Shown here: piece by piece, positions 17,787 to 28,612 of the stretch
Layout: each line of letters starts with the position of its first letter
Numbering within the stretch: the stretch's first letter is position 1
Assembly: GCA_963674745.2 (NCBI GenBank)
Contig: CAXXDV010000003.1
Span: 2,336,001 to 2,400,000, forward strand
Reading direction: 5' to 3'
DNA from: Desulfosudaceae bacterium
GTDB lineage: Bacteria > Desulfobacterota > Desulfobacteria > Desulfobacterales > Desulfosudaceae
Length of the DNA stretch: 64,000 nt
The notes under the pieces: generated by a model
What the model was told of the DNA's origin: nothing
What the model saw: only the letters and a program-made list of their open reading frames with translations
The model's database searches: none
Translations under genes and position numbers: made by a program

Positions 17787-18434
17787 ATGAAACTACCCGC
17801 CTTTATCCGTGCCCTGGAAAAACATTATCACAGCAGTCAGGCCCCGGTTGTGACCCTGATTGCCGATCGCGGGGCATCGCCTTTTGAGATTCTGGTGTCT
17901 ACCCTGCTCTCTTTGAGGACCAAGGACGCGGTCACCACCCTGGCCACCGCCCGCCTCCTGGAAAAAGCCCGCACCCCGGAACAGATGCTGGCGTTGTCCG
18001 AAAAACAGATTGAAAAGCAGATCTACCCGGTGGGGTTTTATCCCACCAAGGCCAAACGGCTCAAACAGATCTGCAGCATGTTGATGACCCAGTTCAACGG
18101 CATTGTCCCGGATTCTTTGGATGAACTGCTGACGTTGCCCGGCGTGGGCCGCAAAACCGCCAACCTGATCTTAATCGAAGGGTTCGGCCATGACGCCATC
18201 TGCGTGGACACCCATGTCCACCGCATCAGCAACCGCATCGGCCTGGTGGACACCAAAACCCCGGACCAGACCGAAGCCGCTTTAAAAGAAGCCCTGCCTA
18301 AAAAATACTGGCGGCGGTACAACAGCCTGCTGGTATGTTTCGGACAGACCATATGCGTTCCGGTGTCACCGTTTTGCAGCAAATGCCCGGTAAAACGAAG
18401 ATGCCCCAAAAACGCCGTAACCAAATCAAGATGA
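17787..18434 (+). CDS. nth: endonuclease III
   Basis: HhH LPGVGRKTAN, VDTHVHRI, C-x6-C-x2-C-x5-C. Confidence 0.93.
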   Translation: MKLPAFIRALEKHYHSSQAPVVTLIADRGASPFEILVSTLLSLRTKDAVTTLATARLLEKARTPEQMLALSEKQIEKQIYPVGFYPTKAKRLKQICSMLMTQFNGIVPDSLDELLTLPGVGRKTANLILIEGFGHDAICVDTHVHRISNRIGLVDTKTPDQTEAALKEALPKKYWRRYNSLLVCFGQTICVPVSPFCSKCPVKRRCPKNAVTKSR

Positions 18435-18455
18435 CAATATCAAGGAGAGCCCCAA

Positions 18456-19133
18456 ATGGACTTTGAAACTACGGTCATGACCCGCCGCAGCATCAGAAAA
18501 TTCAAACCCGATCCAATCGACCGGGAAACCATCCGGCGTGTACTGACCCTGGCTGCCCGGGCGCCGTCGGCCATGAACACCCAGCCCTGGGATTTCTTCG
18601 TCATTACCGGCGACCCGCTTGAGAAAATCAAGCAGGACAACGTTGCCGCCTTAAGAAGCGCCAAGCCGGCCAAACCCGAGCATGCCCTGTCCGGATGGCC
18701 CCAGGACTCTGTTTTCCGCCGTCGCCAGGTCGACCTGGGTAAACAGCTGTTTACACTAATGGAAATCCCCAGGGACGATATGGAAAAACGCGTCTCCTGG
18801 ATGGAGCGGGGTTATCGCTATTTTGACGCGCCGGTGGCCGTCATCATCACCTATGACGCCGCCTTCTCCCACCCCGGCCCCTTGATGGACATCGGGGCGG
18901 TCATACAGACCCTGTGCCTGGCGGCCACTGATACCGGCCTGTCCACCTGCATCGAAGACCAGGGCGTGCATTATCCGGATGTTGTCCGGCGGCATGCCCC
19001 CATTCCGGAATCAAAACAAATGGCTACGGCTATTGCCCTGGGCTACCCGGACCCGGATTTTCCGGCCAACCGGATCCAGAGCGAACGGGCGGACGTAGAT
19101 GATATCACGACCTGGATCGGGTTTGATTCGTGA
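18456..19133 (+). CDS. nitroreductase family protein
   Basis: RRSIRKF, APSAMNTQPW. Confidence 0.92.
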   Translation: MDFETTVMTRRSIRKFKPDPIDRETIRRVLTLAARAPSAMNTQPWDFFVITGDPLEKIKQDNVAALRSAKPAKPEHALSGWPQDSVFRRRQVDLGKQLFTLMEIPRDDMEKRVSWMERGYRYFDAPVAVIITYDAAFSHPGPLMDIGAVIQTLCLAATDTGLSTCIEDQGVHYPDVVRRHAPIPESKQMATAIALGYPDPDFPANRIQSERADVDDITTWIGFDS

Positions 19134-19894
19134 TTGAGCTATCAGAAAACGGTTTGAAATTATACCGGTTTCCCAACCTGTCCGGCTGTCCCGGGCTGGT
19201 CCATGGTGTTTTCACCCGTATTGGCGGCAACAGCCCGCCGCCATTTGACAGCCTCAACATGAGCACCGGGGCGGGTGATGACGCCGAAAGGGTCAGCCGC
19301 AACCGGAATTCCGTTGCAACCTGTTTTGACAGCCGCCCCATTCTTTTTTTAAACCAGATTCACGAAGATGATATCCTGGTTTTTTCCAGCGATGATCCTG
19401 CCCCCGACCCGGCCAAAAAACGCCGGGGCGACGCCATGATCACCAACCGTCCCGGGCTGTTGCTGGCCGTCAAACTGGCCGACTGCCAGGGCGTCATCCT
19501 GTATGACCCGGACCAAAAGGTGGCGGCGGCCGTTCATTCCGGATGGCGCGGCAGCGTGATCAATATCATCGGCAAAACCATCGCCCGCATGGAAACGGAA
19601 TTCGGCTCTGCGCCGGAAAACATCCTGGCCGGCATCAGCCCGTCTCTTGGTCCCTGCTGCGCGGAATTTATCCATTATAAAAGCGAGCTGCCGGAATCTT
19701 TTCGGCCCTATAAAGACGGACGGGATTGTTTTGACTTCTGGCAAATCAGCCGGGACCAGATGACGGCCGCCGGTCTGTTGGGAAAAAACATTGAAATCGC
19801 CGGTATCTGCACCAGCTGCCGCACCGACCTGTTTTATTCCTATCGCAAAGAAGGCCGGACCGGCCGTTTTACGACCGTGGCAGGGATAATTTAA
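19130..19894 (+). CDS. pgeF: peptidoglycan editing factor PgeF (YfiH family)
   Basis: FTRIGG, QIH, ADC, HSGWRG, SYRKEGRTGR. Confidence 0.9.
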   Translation: MIELSENGLKLYRFPNLSGCPGLVHGVFTRIGGNSPPPFDSLNMSTGAGDDAERVSRNRNSVATCFDSRPILFLNQIHEDDILVFSSDDPAPDPAKKRRGDAMITNRPGLLLAVKLADCQGVILYDPDQKVAAAVHSGWRGSVINIIGKTIARMETEFGSAPENILAGISPSLGPCCAEFIHYKSELPESFRPYKDGRDCFDFWQISRDQMTAAGLLGKNIEIAGICTSCRTDLFYSYRKEGRTGRFTTVAGII

Positions 19895-20083
19895 AGCGGA
19901 CATTTGGGGGGGCCGGTCATCCCCGTCCTTATCGATATCCAAAGCACTGCATAATAAGGGGAGACGTCACACACCGTTGCGAAATGCCCATTTTTGTACA
20001 ATAGTGTCATATGAATTCTTGCAGCACAAAATAATTGAAGTTTGTTCCTGAATATTTTTGTTTCCATGGCTACGGAGGGTACC

Positions 20084-21238
20084 ATGACCTTAAGGGTTCT
20101 AATTGCTATTACTATTACTTTAGTAATTCTAGAAACAGGGTCATATTTATTCGACCCGCCCGTTACAACGATAGTTGAATTTTTAGAAGACGGTACAATG
20201 ATTCTGGATAGGCTCCCAGACGCAGGGCTCTATATACGTACATCAAAAGGGACACGATTAAGAAAAAATGTCCGCGCAATCTTGAGGAACCATGTTTTTG
20301 GTGTACCTGAAGTGGAGATTATTACCAATTCTCTGGGGTTTAGACATAAAGAATTGGATAAAAAAGAACCGAATTTATGCCGTATACTTGTTTTAGGAGA
20401 CAGTATTACTTTTGGCGACTGTATGCCCAATAAGCTTACTTACCCCAGCCAAATCGAGTTTTGTTTAAATACCAACAATCAAAAAAATAGAACGGAAGAC
20501 GTATTTGAAGTAATTAATGCCGGAATAGGTTCCATTGATTTAGAAAATGAATTTGAAATTTTAAAAGAATCTTGCCTGGCAGTTGATCCGGATATCGTTA
20601 TCGTTGGTCTATACTTAAACGATGCCTTTGGTTCACCGGCATTTAAGATGCTACATCCACCGCCCATTTTAGATAAGAGCCATTTCATAAAAGTTCTCTG
20701 GGATAAAACGAATAAGGTCCGTGTTGTACATCAATTAAATAAATGGTTAACATCACAAGAAAAAATAATCAGGCATGAAAAAGAAAAATTTGCTCAATTG
20801 AATCAAATAACAGGTGTTGGAAGACCTGGTTCACAAATTTGGCTTAATCAGGAAATCTACAAAAATTTCAGCGACTGGGGATATGCGTGGAGTGAGGGAT
20901 ACTGGAACCGTGTTCTACCGATTTTAGAATTAATGCAAAAATCAGCCGAACAAAATGATTTCCAACTTCTTGTTGTGTTTTTTCCGGTTGCCCAACAAGT
21001 ATATTCAAATTACGATAATAGTGAGCCGCAAAAGAGGTTTTGCATTGAAATGGAAAAACGCAAAATTTTATATCTAGATATACTTCCCTTACTGAGAGAG
21101 AAGGTTAGGAAAGATCATGTACAGATTTTCTTTGATCATTGTCATTATAATAGAGGAGGAAATGCATTTATAGGCAAAACAATTTCTATTTCCATCATAC
21201 GACATTTCTTTAAAGATGATAATTATAACGGATTATAA
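20084..21238 (+). CDS. membrane-anchored SGNH/GDSL hydrolase family protein
   Basis: NSLGFR, ILVLGDSITFG, VINAG, LND, DHCH. AT-rich. Confidence 0.88.
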   Translation: MTLRVLIAITITLVILETGSYLFDPPVTTIVEFLEDGTMILDRLPDAGLYIRTSKGTRLRKNVRAILRNHVFGVPEVEIITNSLGFRHKELDKKEPNLCRILVLGDSITFGDCMPNKLTYPSQIEFCLNTNNQKNRTEDVFEVINAGIGSIDLENEFEILKESCLAVDPDIVIVGLYLNDAFGSPAFKMLHPPPILDKSHFIKVLWDKTNKVRVVHQLNKWLTSQEKIIRHEKEKFAQLNQITGVGRPGSQIWLNQEIYKNFSDWGYAWSEGYWNRVLPILELMQKSAEQNDFQLLVVFFPVAQQVYSNYDNSEPQKRFCIEMEKRKILYLDILPLLREKVRKDHVQIFFDHCHYNRGGNAFIGKTISISIIRHFFKDDNYNGL

Positions 21239-22875
21239 AGTGACCGGTCAATTTCAACCTCCAGATCATGATCTAAGATCAGATCTTTTTCACGCACCGT
21301 TCCGATTGCCTGGTTGGCATTTTTTTCAGCGCCGGTTTGTTTAAGCCTGAAAACCGATATGATTTTTGCTCCTTTGACTACAATGGAGAATATCTCTTCA
21401 TCAAGGTTTTTCACTATATTATCCCACCGATAGTTTGTAAGATAATAATCTGCGTACTTTATATCTGAGACATACCAAATTCGCTGCCGCTGTTTTTCCG
21501 GAAGGATGCAAAGATTAAGAAAACACGAATCATTGGGGGCAAAGACGGTTATTTTTTCCCTGTCATCAACTTTTAGAATTTTTTCCAGTGCCTGTCGATA
21601 AGAAAGTCCCCAATAATCCATCTCGAACTTGTCTTTTACACGATTATAATCTCCACCGGCAATAATGTTGAAATAGACGTTGCCATGGGGATGGTATCTT
21701 ACCATAAACGCCAGAACAAAAATCATGTTGAACGATAGGCACAAAACCAGGCTGCTTCTTAAGAAGAACCTCTTTTTTATCCCGTGTCTTGATGCCACCG
21801 TCCATAGCATTTTTATGCCTTTTACACCGATAATCACAAAAGCCGGATAGACAAAAAACAGATGGCGCCAGGCATCATAAATCGTTGCCTTCAAAGCAAT
21901 AAGAACGATTATCGGGCCAAAAAACCATGCCAGGAGCAAAAGGCTCTCCGTTTTATTCAAAAGAAAAATTTTCCGGCTTTTCGTCATTTCAGTTATGATT
22001 CTGATCACGCCTAAGCAAAAACAAAAAGAATATACTGGTGGAATTGTTATCACCATCCAGACCGGAATGTAGTGCCAAGGAAGCGCGTTGGACTTATAAT
22101 GCGCCCCCAAATAAAACACATCAACTACGGTTGGATGTCTGCTCATGTAGCGAAAGGCTTCTATAAAATTGTTCAGCGGCGCCGGCCAAAGATAGGGCCA
22201 AAAAACTATCGTCAGTAAGACAAAAACAGGCAAAAAGAGCATGATCCGCTTAAAGAGCAGAGTCGCCTGTCTCTTTTGAACAAACTGCAACGCTGTCCAA
22301 AAAAGAGTAAAAGCAGGGATTATGATTCCTATTAGACGTACATCCACGAGGCAGGCAGAAGCGGTAGCATGTAAAAGGCTGTTAAAAACGGAACTTTTTC
22401 TCATAAAGACGGTCATGGTAAAAAAAGCGATGACAAACTGGCCCATAAAAATGATGTCTTTAGAGTTGTAAAAAGCGTGTGCGAATATTCTCGGGTTCAA
22501 AATCAGCATCCCGACTGCAATAAAAGCCATAGGCCAGCTTTTAAGCAAACGTCTTGATAAAAAATAAAAGACGATGCAGGAAAAATAAAAGAAAAGAAAA
22601 GTGGCATAATGCCGGGTGAAAAAGACATCCCTGAAGGTTTCTGGATTTAATAAAAACTCCAAGAAAATAAGCGGCAATTCAAAGGCCGTTCCGTAAAATC
22701 TGTCCCCATAATCATTCAGACCGGGGTCACCGATTAGGTATTTAAAAGCCCCGTAACCGGTCATCCGTTGAACATATTCATCACTGGAAAGACCGTAATC
22801 GCCAACAGATGTTAGTCCCACCACCAGCAGAAGAATAAAAACAACAAAAAAAATCAGAATCTCTTTGTTCGTCAT
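21223..22875 (-). CDS. multi-TM glycosyltransferase (GT39/ArnT-like)
   Basis: DYGLSSDE, PRIFAHAFYNSKDI, DYWGLS and many TM segments. Start uncertain (up to 22941). Confidence 0.8.
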   Translation of the reverse strand: MTNKEILIFFVVFILLLVVGLTSVGDYGLSSDEYVQRMTGYGAFKYLIGDPGLNDYGDRFYGTAFELPLIFLEFLLNPETFRDVFFTRHYATFLFFYFSCIVFYFLSRRLLKSWPMAFIAVGMLILNPRIFAHAFYNSKDIIFMGQFVIAFFTMTVFMRKSSVFNSLLHATASACLVDVRLIGIIIPAFTLFWTALQFVQKRQATLLFKRIMLFLPVFVLLTIVFWPYLWPAPLNNFIEAFRYMSRHPTVVDVFYLGAHYKSNALPWHYIPVWMVITIPPVYSFCFCLGVIRIITEMTKSRKIFLLNKTESLLLLAWFFGPIIVLIALKATIYDAWRHLFFVYPAFVIIGVKGIKMLWTVASRHGIKKRFFLRSSLVLCLSFNMIFVLAFMVRYHPHGNVYFNIIAGGDYNRVKDKFEMDYWGLSYRQALEKILKVDDREKITVFAPNDSCFLNLCILPEKQRQRIWYVSDIKYADYYLTNYRWDNIVKNLDEEIFSIVVKGAKIISVFRLKQTGAEKNANQAIGTVREKDLILDHDLEVEIDRSLYNPL

Positions 22876-23084
22876 GAATCTTGCCTTTGCCCGGCCGGGG
22901 AACAAACTGTTTTGGTAATTATTAACGGACATAAATAGCAAGGCCCAATAAAAACTCTGGTAACTTTTTCATAATTTATTTCCTGTTTTTCACCCTTTAC
23001 AAATGGGATTATAATAAATTAAGTATAGAAGCCAGTAGCAACCAGTTTGTTTTTAAATTGAATTATTTAGCCACATTCATCAAG

Positions 23085-24614
23085 TCAAGGCCCGTTAGAA
23101 CGAAATAGCCTGTGGTCGATGTTCTTGGCGATAAGCGTGGCCAGGGTCATGATGGTGATCTGGGGATTAACGCCCAGCGAGGAAGGCACTACGCTGCCGT
23201 CGGAAACATAAAGATTCCTGACGTCATAAGTCTCGCCGGTCGGGCTGACCGCGCCAAGTCGCGGATGGGCGGCCATTCGGCACGATCCCAGCGGGTGAAA
23301 GGCCAGCATTTCCACATGAACGGGCTTGATCTTCATGGCCAGCAGTTTTTCAATGTCAGCCGCGGAATGGATCACCGGCATTGGCGCAATCCCGGTAAAC
23401 ACCTTGCGCGCACCGGCCGCAAAGAAAATTTCGGCCGTGCGGGCCACGCCGGTGACCAGCCGCTTGATGTCCTGCCAAACGACAAAATAGGTAGAAACCG
23501 GCCGGTTGGCCCGGCCGCTGCCCGGCAGGTTAAATACCCGACCGGTTGTTTCGTCATGGGCCATGACCCCGAAAGCCGCCAGCCGTTTGCAATCCATAGC
23601 CATCTGCTTGTGTGCCTGACCGATGCCCGGAAGGGCCGGCAGCATCAGGGAGGGATGGACGAATATCCCTTCCAGCATGATGCCCTGTCCGTGAAAATCA
23701 TCCACATAGGCGCCCTGGGAAACGCCTTTCCAGCCCTCGACGACCTCGTCCATCAGGGCCACCACCCGGGTGCCGGGATGAATCTGCAGATTGTTGCCGA
23801 TATGCCTGTTTTTCAAGCCATTCCGTTTTAAGAAAGCAGGGCTGATCATGGCCCCGCAGGCCACCACCACCATCCGGGCGGCCACCTCGACCGTGTAGTG
23901 TCGGGTGCCTGTCTCAGGATGAATCACCGATGCGACAACACCATTCACGATATGGTTGCGGATGATCAGTTTTTCCGCCCGGCAGTCGGCCAGAATCCGG
24001 GCGCCATGCTGTTTTGCCAGAGGAATATAGGTAACATCCACGCTCTGCTTGGCCCCCTCCTGACAGCCGAACTGACATGGTCCGCACCCCTTGCAGTCTT
24101 TGACATTATGCATCAGCGGACGACAGGTCAGGCCCAGCCGGTCACAACCCCGCTTGACTATTTGTGCGTTCTTTCCCAGCACCTCCCAGGGGAGCCGGGT
24201 AACGTTGAGTATTTTTTCCACCCGCTCGAACAGAGGGCTCAGGTTCTCCGGCGTCAGCCGATCCAATCCCAGATCATGGCGCCAGTTGGCCAGCACTGTA
24301 TCCGGCGTGCGAAAACAGGTGGCCGAGTTGACGGTGCTGGAACCGCCGATGCACCGGCCCATGGTCACGGATATGGCGGTGTTACCGATGGTGCCGGTAG
24401 CCCCGCCGTCCCGGTACATGCGCATCAATCCGGGCAGCGGCATGCCATTACATTCCGACTGTTTAACATGGCTGCCTTCTTCCAGCAGCACAACATCGTG
24501 ACCTTTCTCCGCCAGTTCCTTGGCCACTACCGCGCCGCCCGGGCCACTGCCGATCACGCAGACATCGCAGGCCAGATGAAGGTCGGATTGATAGTCTTCA
24601 AAAGTGGTAATCAT
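23085..24614 (-). CDS. GMC family oxidoreductase
   Basis: IGSGPGG, GRCIGGSSTVN, HPLGSCRM, LGVNPQITIM. Confidence 0.93.
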   Translation of the reverse strand: MITTFEDYQSDLHLACDVCVIGSGPGGAVVAKELAEKGHDVVLLEEGSHVKQSECNGMPLPGLMRMYRDGGATGTIGNTAISVTMGRCIGGSSTVNSATCFRTPDTVLANWRHDLGLDRLTPENLSPLFERVEKILNVTRLPWEVLGKNAQIVKRGCDRLGLTCRPLMHNVKDCKGCGPCQFGCQEGAKQSVDVTYIPLAKQHGARILADCRAEKLIIRNHIVNGVVASVIHPETGTRHYTVEVAARMVVVACGAMISPAFLKRNGLKNRHIGNNLQIHPGTRVVALMDEVVEGWKGVSQGAYVDDFHGQGIMLEGIFVHPSLMLPALPGIGQAHKQMAMDCKRLAAFGVMAHDETTGRVFNLPGSGRANRPVSTYFVVWQDIKRLVTGVARTAEIFFAAGARKVFTGIAPMPVIHSAADIEKLLAMKIKPVHVEMLAFHPLGSCRMAAHPRLGAVSPTGETYDVRNLYVSDGSVVPSSLGVNPQITIMTLATLIAKNIDHRLFRSNGP

Positions 24615-24676
24615 AAACCCTGCCCGTCTTTCGGTTCACCCCGCATTACATTAATCATGAACAATCCCCTCGGCCC

Positions 24677-24824
24677 GTAGGGGCAACCCCCTGTGATTGC
24701 CCTTCACCGGGCGGCCACGGGGGGCCGCCGCTAAACTGTCCATGAACGCCCTCCACGGCCCGTAGGGGCAACCTCCTGTGGTTGCCCTATCCGTTTCCGG
24801 GCAGGCACGGGGGCCTGCCCCTAC
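24677..24824. repeat. two GTAG-type REP doublets
   Basis: GTAGGGGCAACC...GGTTGCCCT and inverted GGGCAGGCACGGGGGCCTGCCCCTAC. Confidence 0.85.
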
Positions 24825-24863
24825 AAAATTCGCACGCGACCGACAACCTCCCTGTTGTTAAAT

Positions 24864-25766
24864 TCATGGGCCGTCAGGATCAAGGTGACACCCATGCACA
24901 TACCCGATGGATTCGGCCGGAATCTGCTGCTCGTAAAAGGCCGTCATGGTCAGCAGCTTCAAAAACAAAATGATATACCTGTGATACAGCAGCCGGCCGG
25001 ATTCCATCCGCTCGAAAAAACGCTCCGCTTTTTTTCGGGAAAGCCGGGAAAACCGGCGACCGTTGAAGATCAAAGAGACCAGCTCGACATACCAGAGCAT
25101 GAGCGGGGTCAGGCGACGGATCACCGGGGCCAGTGTGTCCAGGTAGGCGTTTACCCGGGGAACCAGTTCATAATCAGCCGCGCCTGCTTCAAAAGCACCA
25201 CCCCGGGGAATAATCGTGCCGGCCGCTTTTTTGAAAAAAGTCTCGGCTTTACCATGAATAACGGGCCCGGCTTTTCCTGGCGGCCGCAAGGGGGCATCAA
25301 CCCTGTTTTTGACCTGTTTCCCGGTAAAACGGCCGCGGCCTTCCCTTTCAACCGAGAAATAAAATGAATTAAACGTCAGGCCGAACAGCCGGAAAACGCC
25401 ACGGCCCAGGTAGCACTGGTCACCGACCTTTTTCAGTTCATCATTCAGGGGACGCAACCAGAAGGGGTTGCCGGTCCGGTTGTAATTGATGCGCAACACC
25501 TGCTGGCCGTCACCCAGAATCGAGTCTGCCGGTTCAATGGTAAACAAACCGATACGAATTTTACCGGCAAATTCATTAAAGCCGCCGCTTTCCGGTTCGG
25601 GGTCGGCAACATCGACCGGGAAAAACTTACGGTGGCCGAAGAACCGCAACGGGGGCAGAAAACCGGTCACCAGTCTTACCGCATAATACCCATGCAGCTC
25701 TTCCGTACCCGGCGGCGGACTTTGAGCAAACTGTTTTTTTAATTTCAAAAACGGCCTGAACCCCAT
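24864..25766 (-). CDS. hypothetical two-domain protein; C-terminal gluconate 2-dehydrogenase subunit 3-like domain
   Basis: AGTIIPRGG...RFSRLS...AFY...IGY pattern. Lies upstream of the GMC oxidoreductase. Confidence 0.6.
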   Translation of the reverse strand: MGFRPFLKLKKQFAQSPPPGTEELHGYYAVRLVTGFLPPLRFFGHRKFFPVDVADPEPESGGFNEFAGKIRIGLFTIEPADSILGDGQQVLRINYNRTGNPFWLRPLNDELKKVGDQCYLGRGVFRLFGLTFNSFYFSVEREGRGRFTGKQVKNRVDAPLRPPGKAGPVIHGKAETFFKKAAGTIIPRGGAFEAGAADYELVPRVNAYLDTLAPVIRRLTPLMLWYVELVSLIFNGRRFSRLSRKKAERFFERMESGRLLYHRYIILFLKLLTMTAFYEQQIPAESIGYVHGCHLDPDGP

Positions 25767-25803
25767 TTCACCCTCGAATCCTCGAGCCTGGAACTTTAAA
25801 AAA

Positions 25804-25970
25804 ATAACCGTGACAAAAGGGCACGGCACGCCGTGCCCCTACAACATTTGCGAACGGACGGTGAACCCTTAAACAAATAACCATGACAAAAGGGCACGGC
25901 ACGCCGTGCCCCTACCGTATTTGCGAACGGACGGTAAACCTTGAACCTCTTGAACCCTGAACCTTGAACC
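25804..25970. repeat. tandem 73-bp units containing REP GGGCACGGCACGCCGTGCCCCTAC, plus CCTTGAA-type short repeats
   Basis: Units at 25804-25870 and 25877-25942. A related unit occurs at 30614-30685. Confidence 0.85.
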
Positions 25971-26086
25971 TATTAATTACCACAACCGCAAGAATCCGAA
26001 AACATCTAAAAAATCTTGAGTCTGAGCCCTGATAAGCATAAATTAGAACATTCAGCCCGACAACCCGAAACAAAGAGGACAAAACC

Positions 26087-26956
26087 ATGACGGAAAAAAT
26101 TATTATTACGGCAGCCCTGGCCGGTGCCGCCACATTCAAGAACAATAACCCGGCCGTCCCTTACACGCCTGAAGAATTCGCCGAAGAAGCCGCCGCCGCT
26201 CACCGTGCCGGAGCGGCCATGGTACATGTCCACGCCCGGACCGACGACGGTTGGGCCACCTGGGAAGTCGACCGGATCCGGCAGACCTATGACGCCATCC
26301 GGCAGAAAACACCCGAACTGATCGTCAACCTGAGTTCCGCCGTGGGCCTGGGCGCTACTGCCGAACAGCGGATCGAACAGATCGTGGCCATCAAACCGGA
26401 AATGGCCTCTTTGAACACCAACACCATGAACTTCAGCGTTATCGACCGCAACAGCGGACAGATCATCATGGACTATGTCTTTGAGAACACATTTACCATG
26501 CTCCAGGATTTCGGCCGGCAAATGGCGGAGAACCGGGTCAAACCGGAAATCGAAATTTATGATATCGGCGGATTTGACAATTATTCTTTGATCGCCAAAC
26601 AGGGCTTCTTTACCGAGCCGCTGAACTTTAATTTTGTCTGGGGAGTGGCCGGCGGCCAGCGTTTCCGTCCGGACGCCTTTATCACACTGGCACACGCGGT
26701 CCGCCATCTGGATCAGAAAGCTAATTTCACCACCTGCGGCGTGGGACTGGATGAATTTCCCGCCATCATGCAGTCAGCGCTCATGGGCGGACACATGCGG
26801 GTGGGGCTGGAAGACAACACCCGGCTGGGCAACGGACAACTGGCCAAAGGCAACTATGAACTCGTTGAGCAGGCGGTTAAAATCGCTGAAGTACTTGGGA
26901 AAGAGCCGGCCACACCGGATGAAGCCAGGGCCATCATGGGCTTAAGGGGCAATTAG
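26087..26956 (+). CDS. 3-keto-5-aminohexanoate cleavage enzyme family (BKACE/DUF849)
   Basis: IIITAALAG, PYTPEE, HVHAR, GGHMRVGLED. Confidence 0.92.
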   Translation: MTEKIIITAALAGAATFKNNNPAVPYTPEEFAEEAAAAHRAGAAMVHVHARTDDGWATWEVDRIRQTYDAIRQKTPELIVNLSSAVGLGATAEQRIEQIVAIKPEMASLNTNTMNFSVIDRNSGQIIMDYVFENTFTMLQDFGRQMAENRVKPEIEIYDIGGFDNYSLIAKQGFFTEPLNFNFVWGVAGGQRFRPDAFITLAHAVRHLDQKANFTTCGVGLDEFPAIMQSALMGGHMRVGLEDNTRLGNGQLAKGNYELVEQAVKIAEVLGKEPATPDEARAIMGLRGN

Positions 26957-27161
26957 TAGTCAACCGAGGCCGCCCTAAAAGATAACAATTTGTTTATATT
27001 ATATTTTATTACCAAATTGAATTTTTCATATATTTTTTGACAAACATTCCTGCTTGGGTTATCATTTTCAAGTTAATATCTGTATGCATGCATCGCCCGG
27101 TGAACAGTGTTTATCGACACGGGCGACAACAAGCGAAAGCTAGAACATAAAGAAGTGAGAA

Positions 27162-28601
27162 GTGACAATATCAATTCCCAACATTCTGGTGATTGATGAC
27201 AGTGCCGCCATCCGGCACCGTCTGACCAAGTTGCTGGAACCGCTCAACGCCAATTTTGAACAAGCGGACAACGGTCGGCAGGCATGGGACATCATCAACA
27301 ACAAGAAATTCGACGTAATCCTGACGGACATTGATATGCCCGAAATGAGCGGGATTGAACTCTGTCGTCGTCTGAAAAAGAAGGATGATACCCGTGATAT
27401 CCCGGTAGTAGTTGTCAGTTCGCTGGATTCCGAAGAAGACATCGAAAAAGGGTTTGAGGTCGGTGCGACATACTATATCGCTAAAAACGATGTCTACACC
27501 GACCTGTTCAATGTGGTCGAGGGTATTCTTTCCCGGAGCAACCGCAACAGCAACCAGATCATTCTGATTGTCGATGATTCCGCTACCATCCGAAAAATCG
27601 TTGAACGGGGGTTGAAATCAGCCGGTTTCAGGACCATGACGGCTGAAAACGGTCGAAAGGCAATGGACGTTCTCAACGAACATATTCCCGACCTTATCTT
27701 AAGCGATATCGATATGCCGGAAATGAACGGTTTTGAATTCTGTGAAACCGTCTATGCCGACCAGCGCTTCTCGGGCATCCCGTTTATCGTCATGAGTGCC
27801 AAGAACGACCGCGGCCATATGAACCGCATGGTTCAACACGGGGCGGCCTCGTATGTCACCAAGCCTTTTAATATCGACTCACTGGTGTTACAGATTGAGG
27901 AAGTACTTTCCAACCAGTTCCGGCTGCTGCTCAAAGAAAGAGAACGGCTGGAAACGGAACGCAACCTGGTAATCGCCAGCATCTCCAGCCTGATTTCAGC
28001 CTTAGAAGCACGGGACCCTTACACCAAGGGGCATTCGGAAGTGGTCGGCCGGATCGTTTCCGGCATGCTGGCCTTGACCGGAGCGACCAAAAGAGAAATT
28101 GAAAACGCCCACATCGGCGGCCGGCTTCACGATATCGGCAAAATCGGCGTTCGGGACAGTGTCTTGCTCAAAAGCGGCCCCCTGACCGACATCGAACTGG
28201 CCCACATCATGGAACACCCGCTGAAAGGTGCTGAAATAATAAAAAATATACCCAGCCTGTCCGAAACGCTCGATATTGTCATGTATCATCATGAACGAAT
28301 GGACGGAAACGGCTACCCGGAAGGGCTCAAAGGCAGTGATATTCCCCTTCTGGCCAGAATGACGGCCGTGGCCGATACCTACCACGCTTTAAGCAGCGAC
28401 CGCCCCTATCGTACCGCCACCAGCCATGACAGGGCCCTTCAAATTATTTACGATGCCCGGGAGACGCAGCTTTGCCCGGACTGCGTTAAACTGTTTATAG
28501 AATGGTGCGATAAAAACAACTCCCACAAAGTCCTCAAACATAGAGCCCCAGAGACAGTAAAACCTTTCGATGTTCCTACCTCCTCGATCGCCTCCGGATA
28601 A
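27162..28601 (+). CDS. response regulator with two REC domains and HD-GYP phosphodiesterase
   Basis: Two DD...DIDMP receivers, YTKGHS, HDIGK, HHERMDGNGYP. Confidence 0.93.
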   Translation: MTISIPNILVIDDSAAIRHRLTKLLEPLNANFEQADNGRQAWDIINNKKFDVILTDIDMPEMSGIELCRRLKKKDDTRDIPVVVVSSLDSEEDIEKGFEVGATYYIAKNDVYTDLFNVVEGILSRSNRNSNQIILIVDDSATIRKIVERGLKSAGFRTMTAENGRKAMDVLNEHIPDLILSDIDMPEMNGFEFCETVYADQRFSGIPFIVMSAKNDRGHMNRMVQHGAASYVTKPFNIDSLVLQIEEVLSNQFRLLLKERERLETERNLVIASISSLISALEARDPYTKGHSEVVGRIVSGMLALTGATKREIENAHIGGRLHDIGKIGVRDSVLLKSGPLTDIELAHIMEHPLKGAEIIKNIPSLSETLDIVMYHHERMDGNGYPEGLKGSDIPLLARMTAVADTYHALSSDRPYRTATSHDRALQIIYDARETQLCPDCVKLFIEWCDKNNSHKVLKHRAPETVKPFDVPTSSIASG

Positions 28602-28612
28602 ATTGGATCCAG

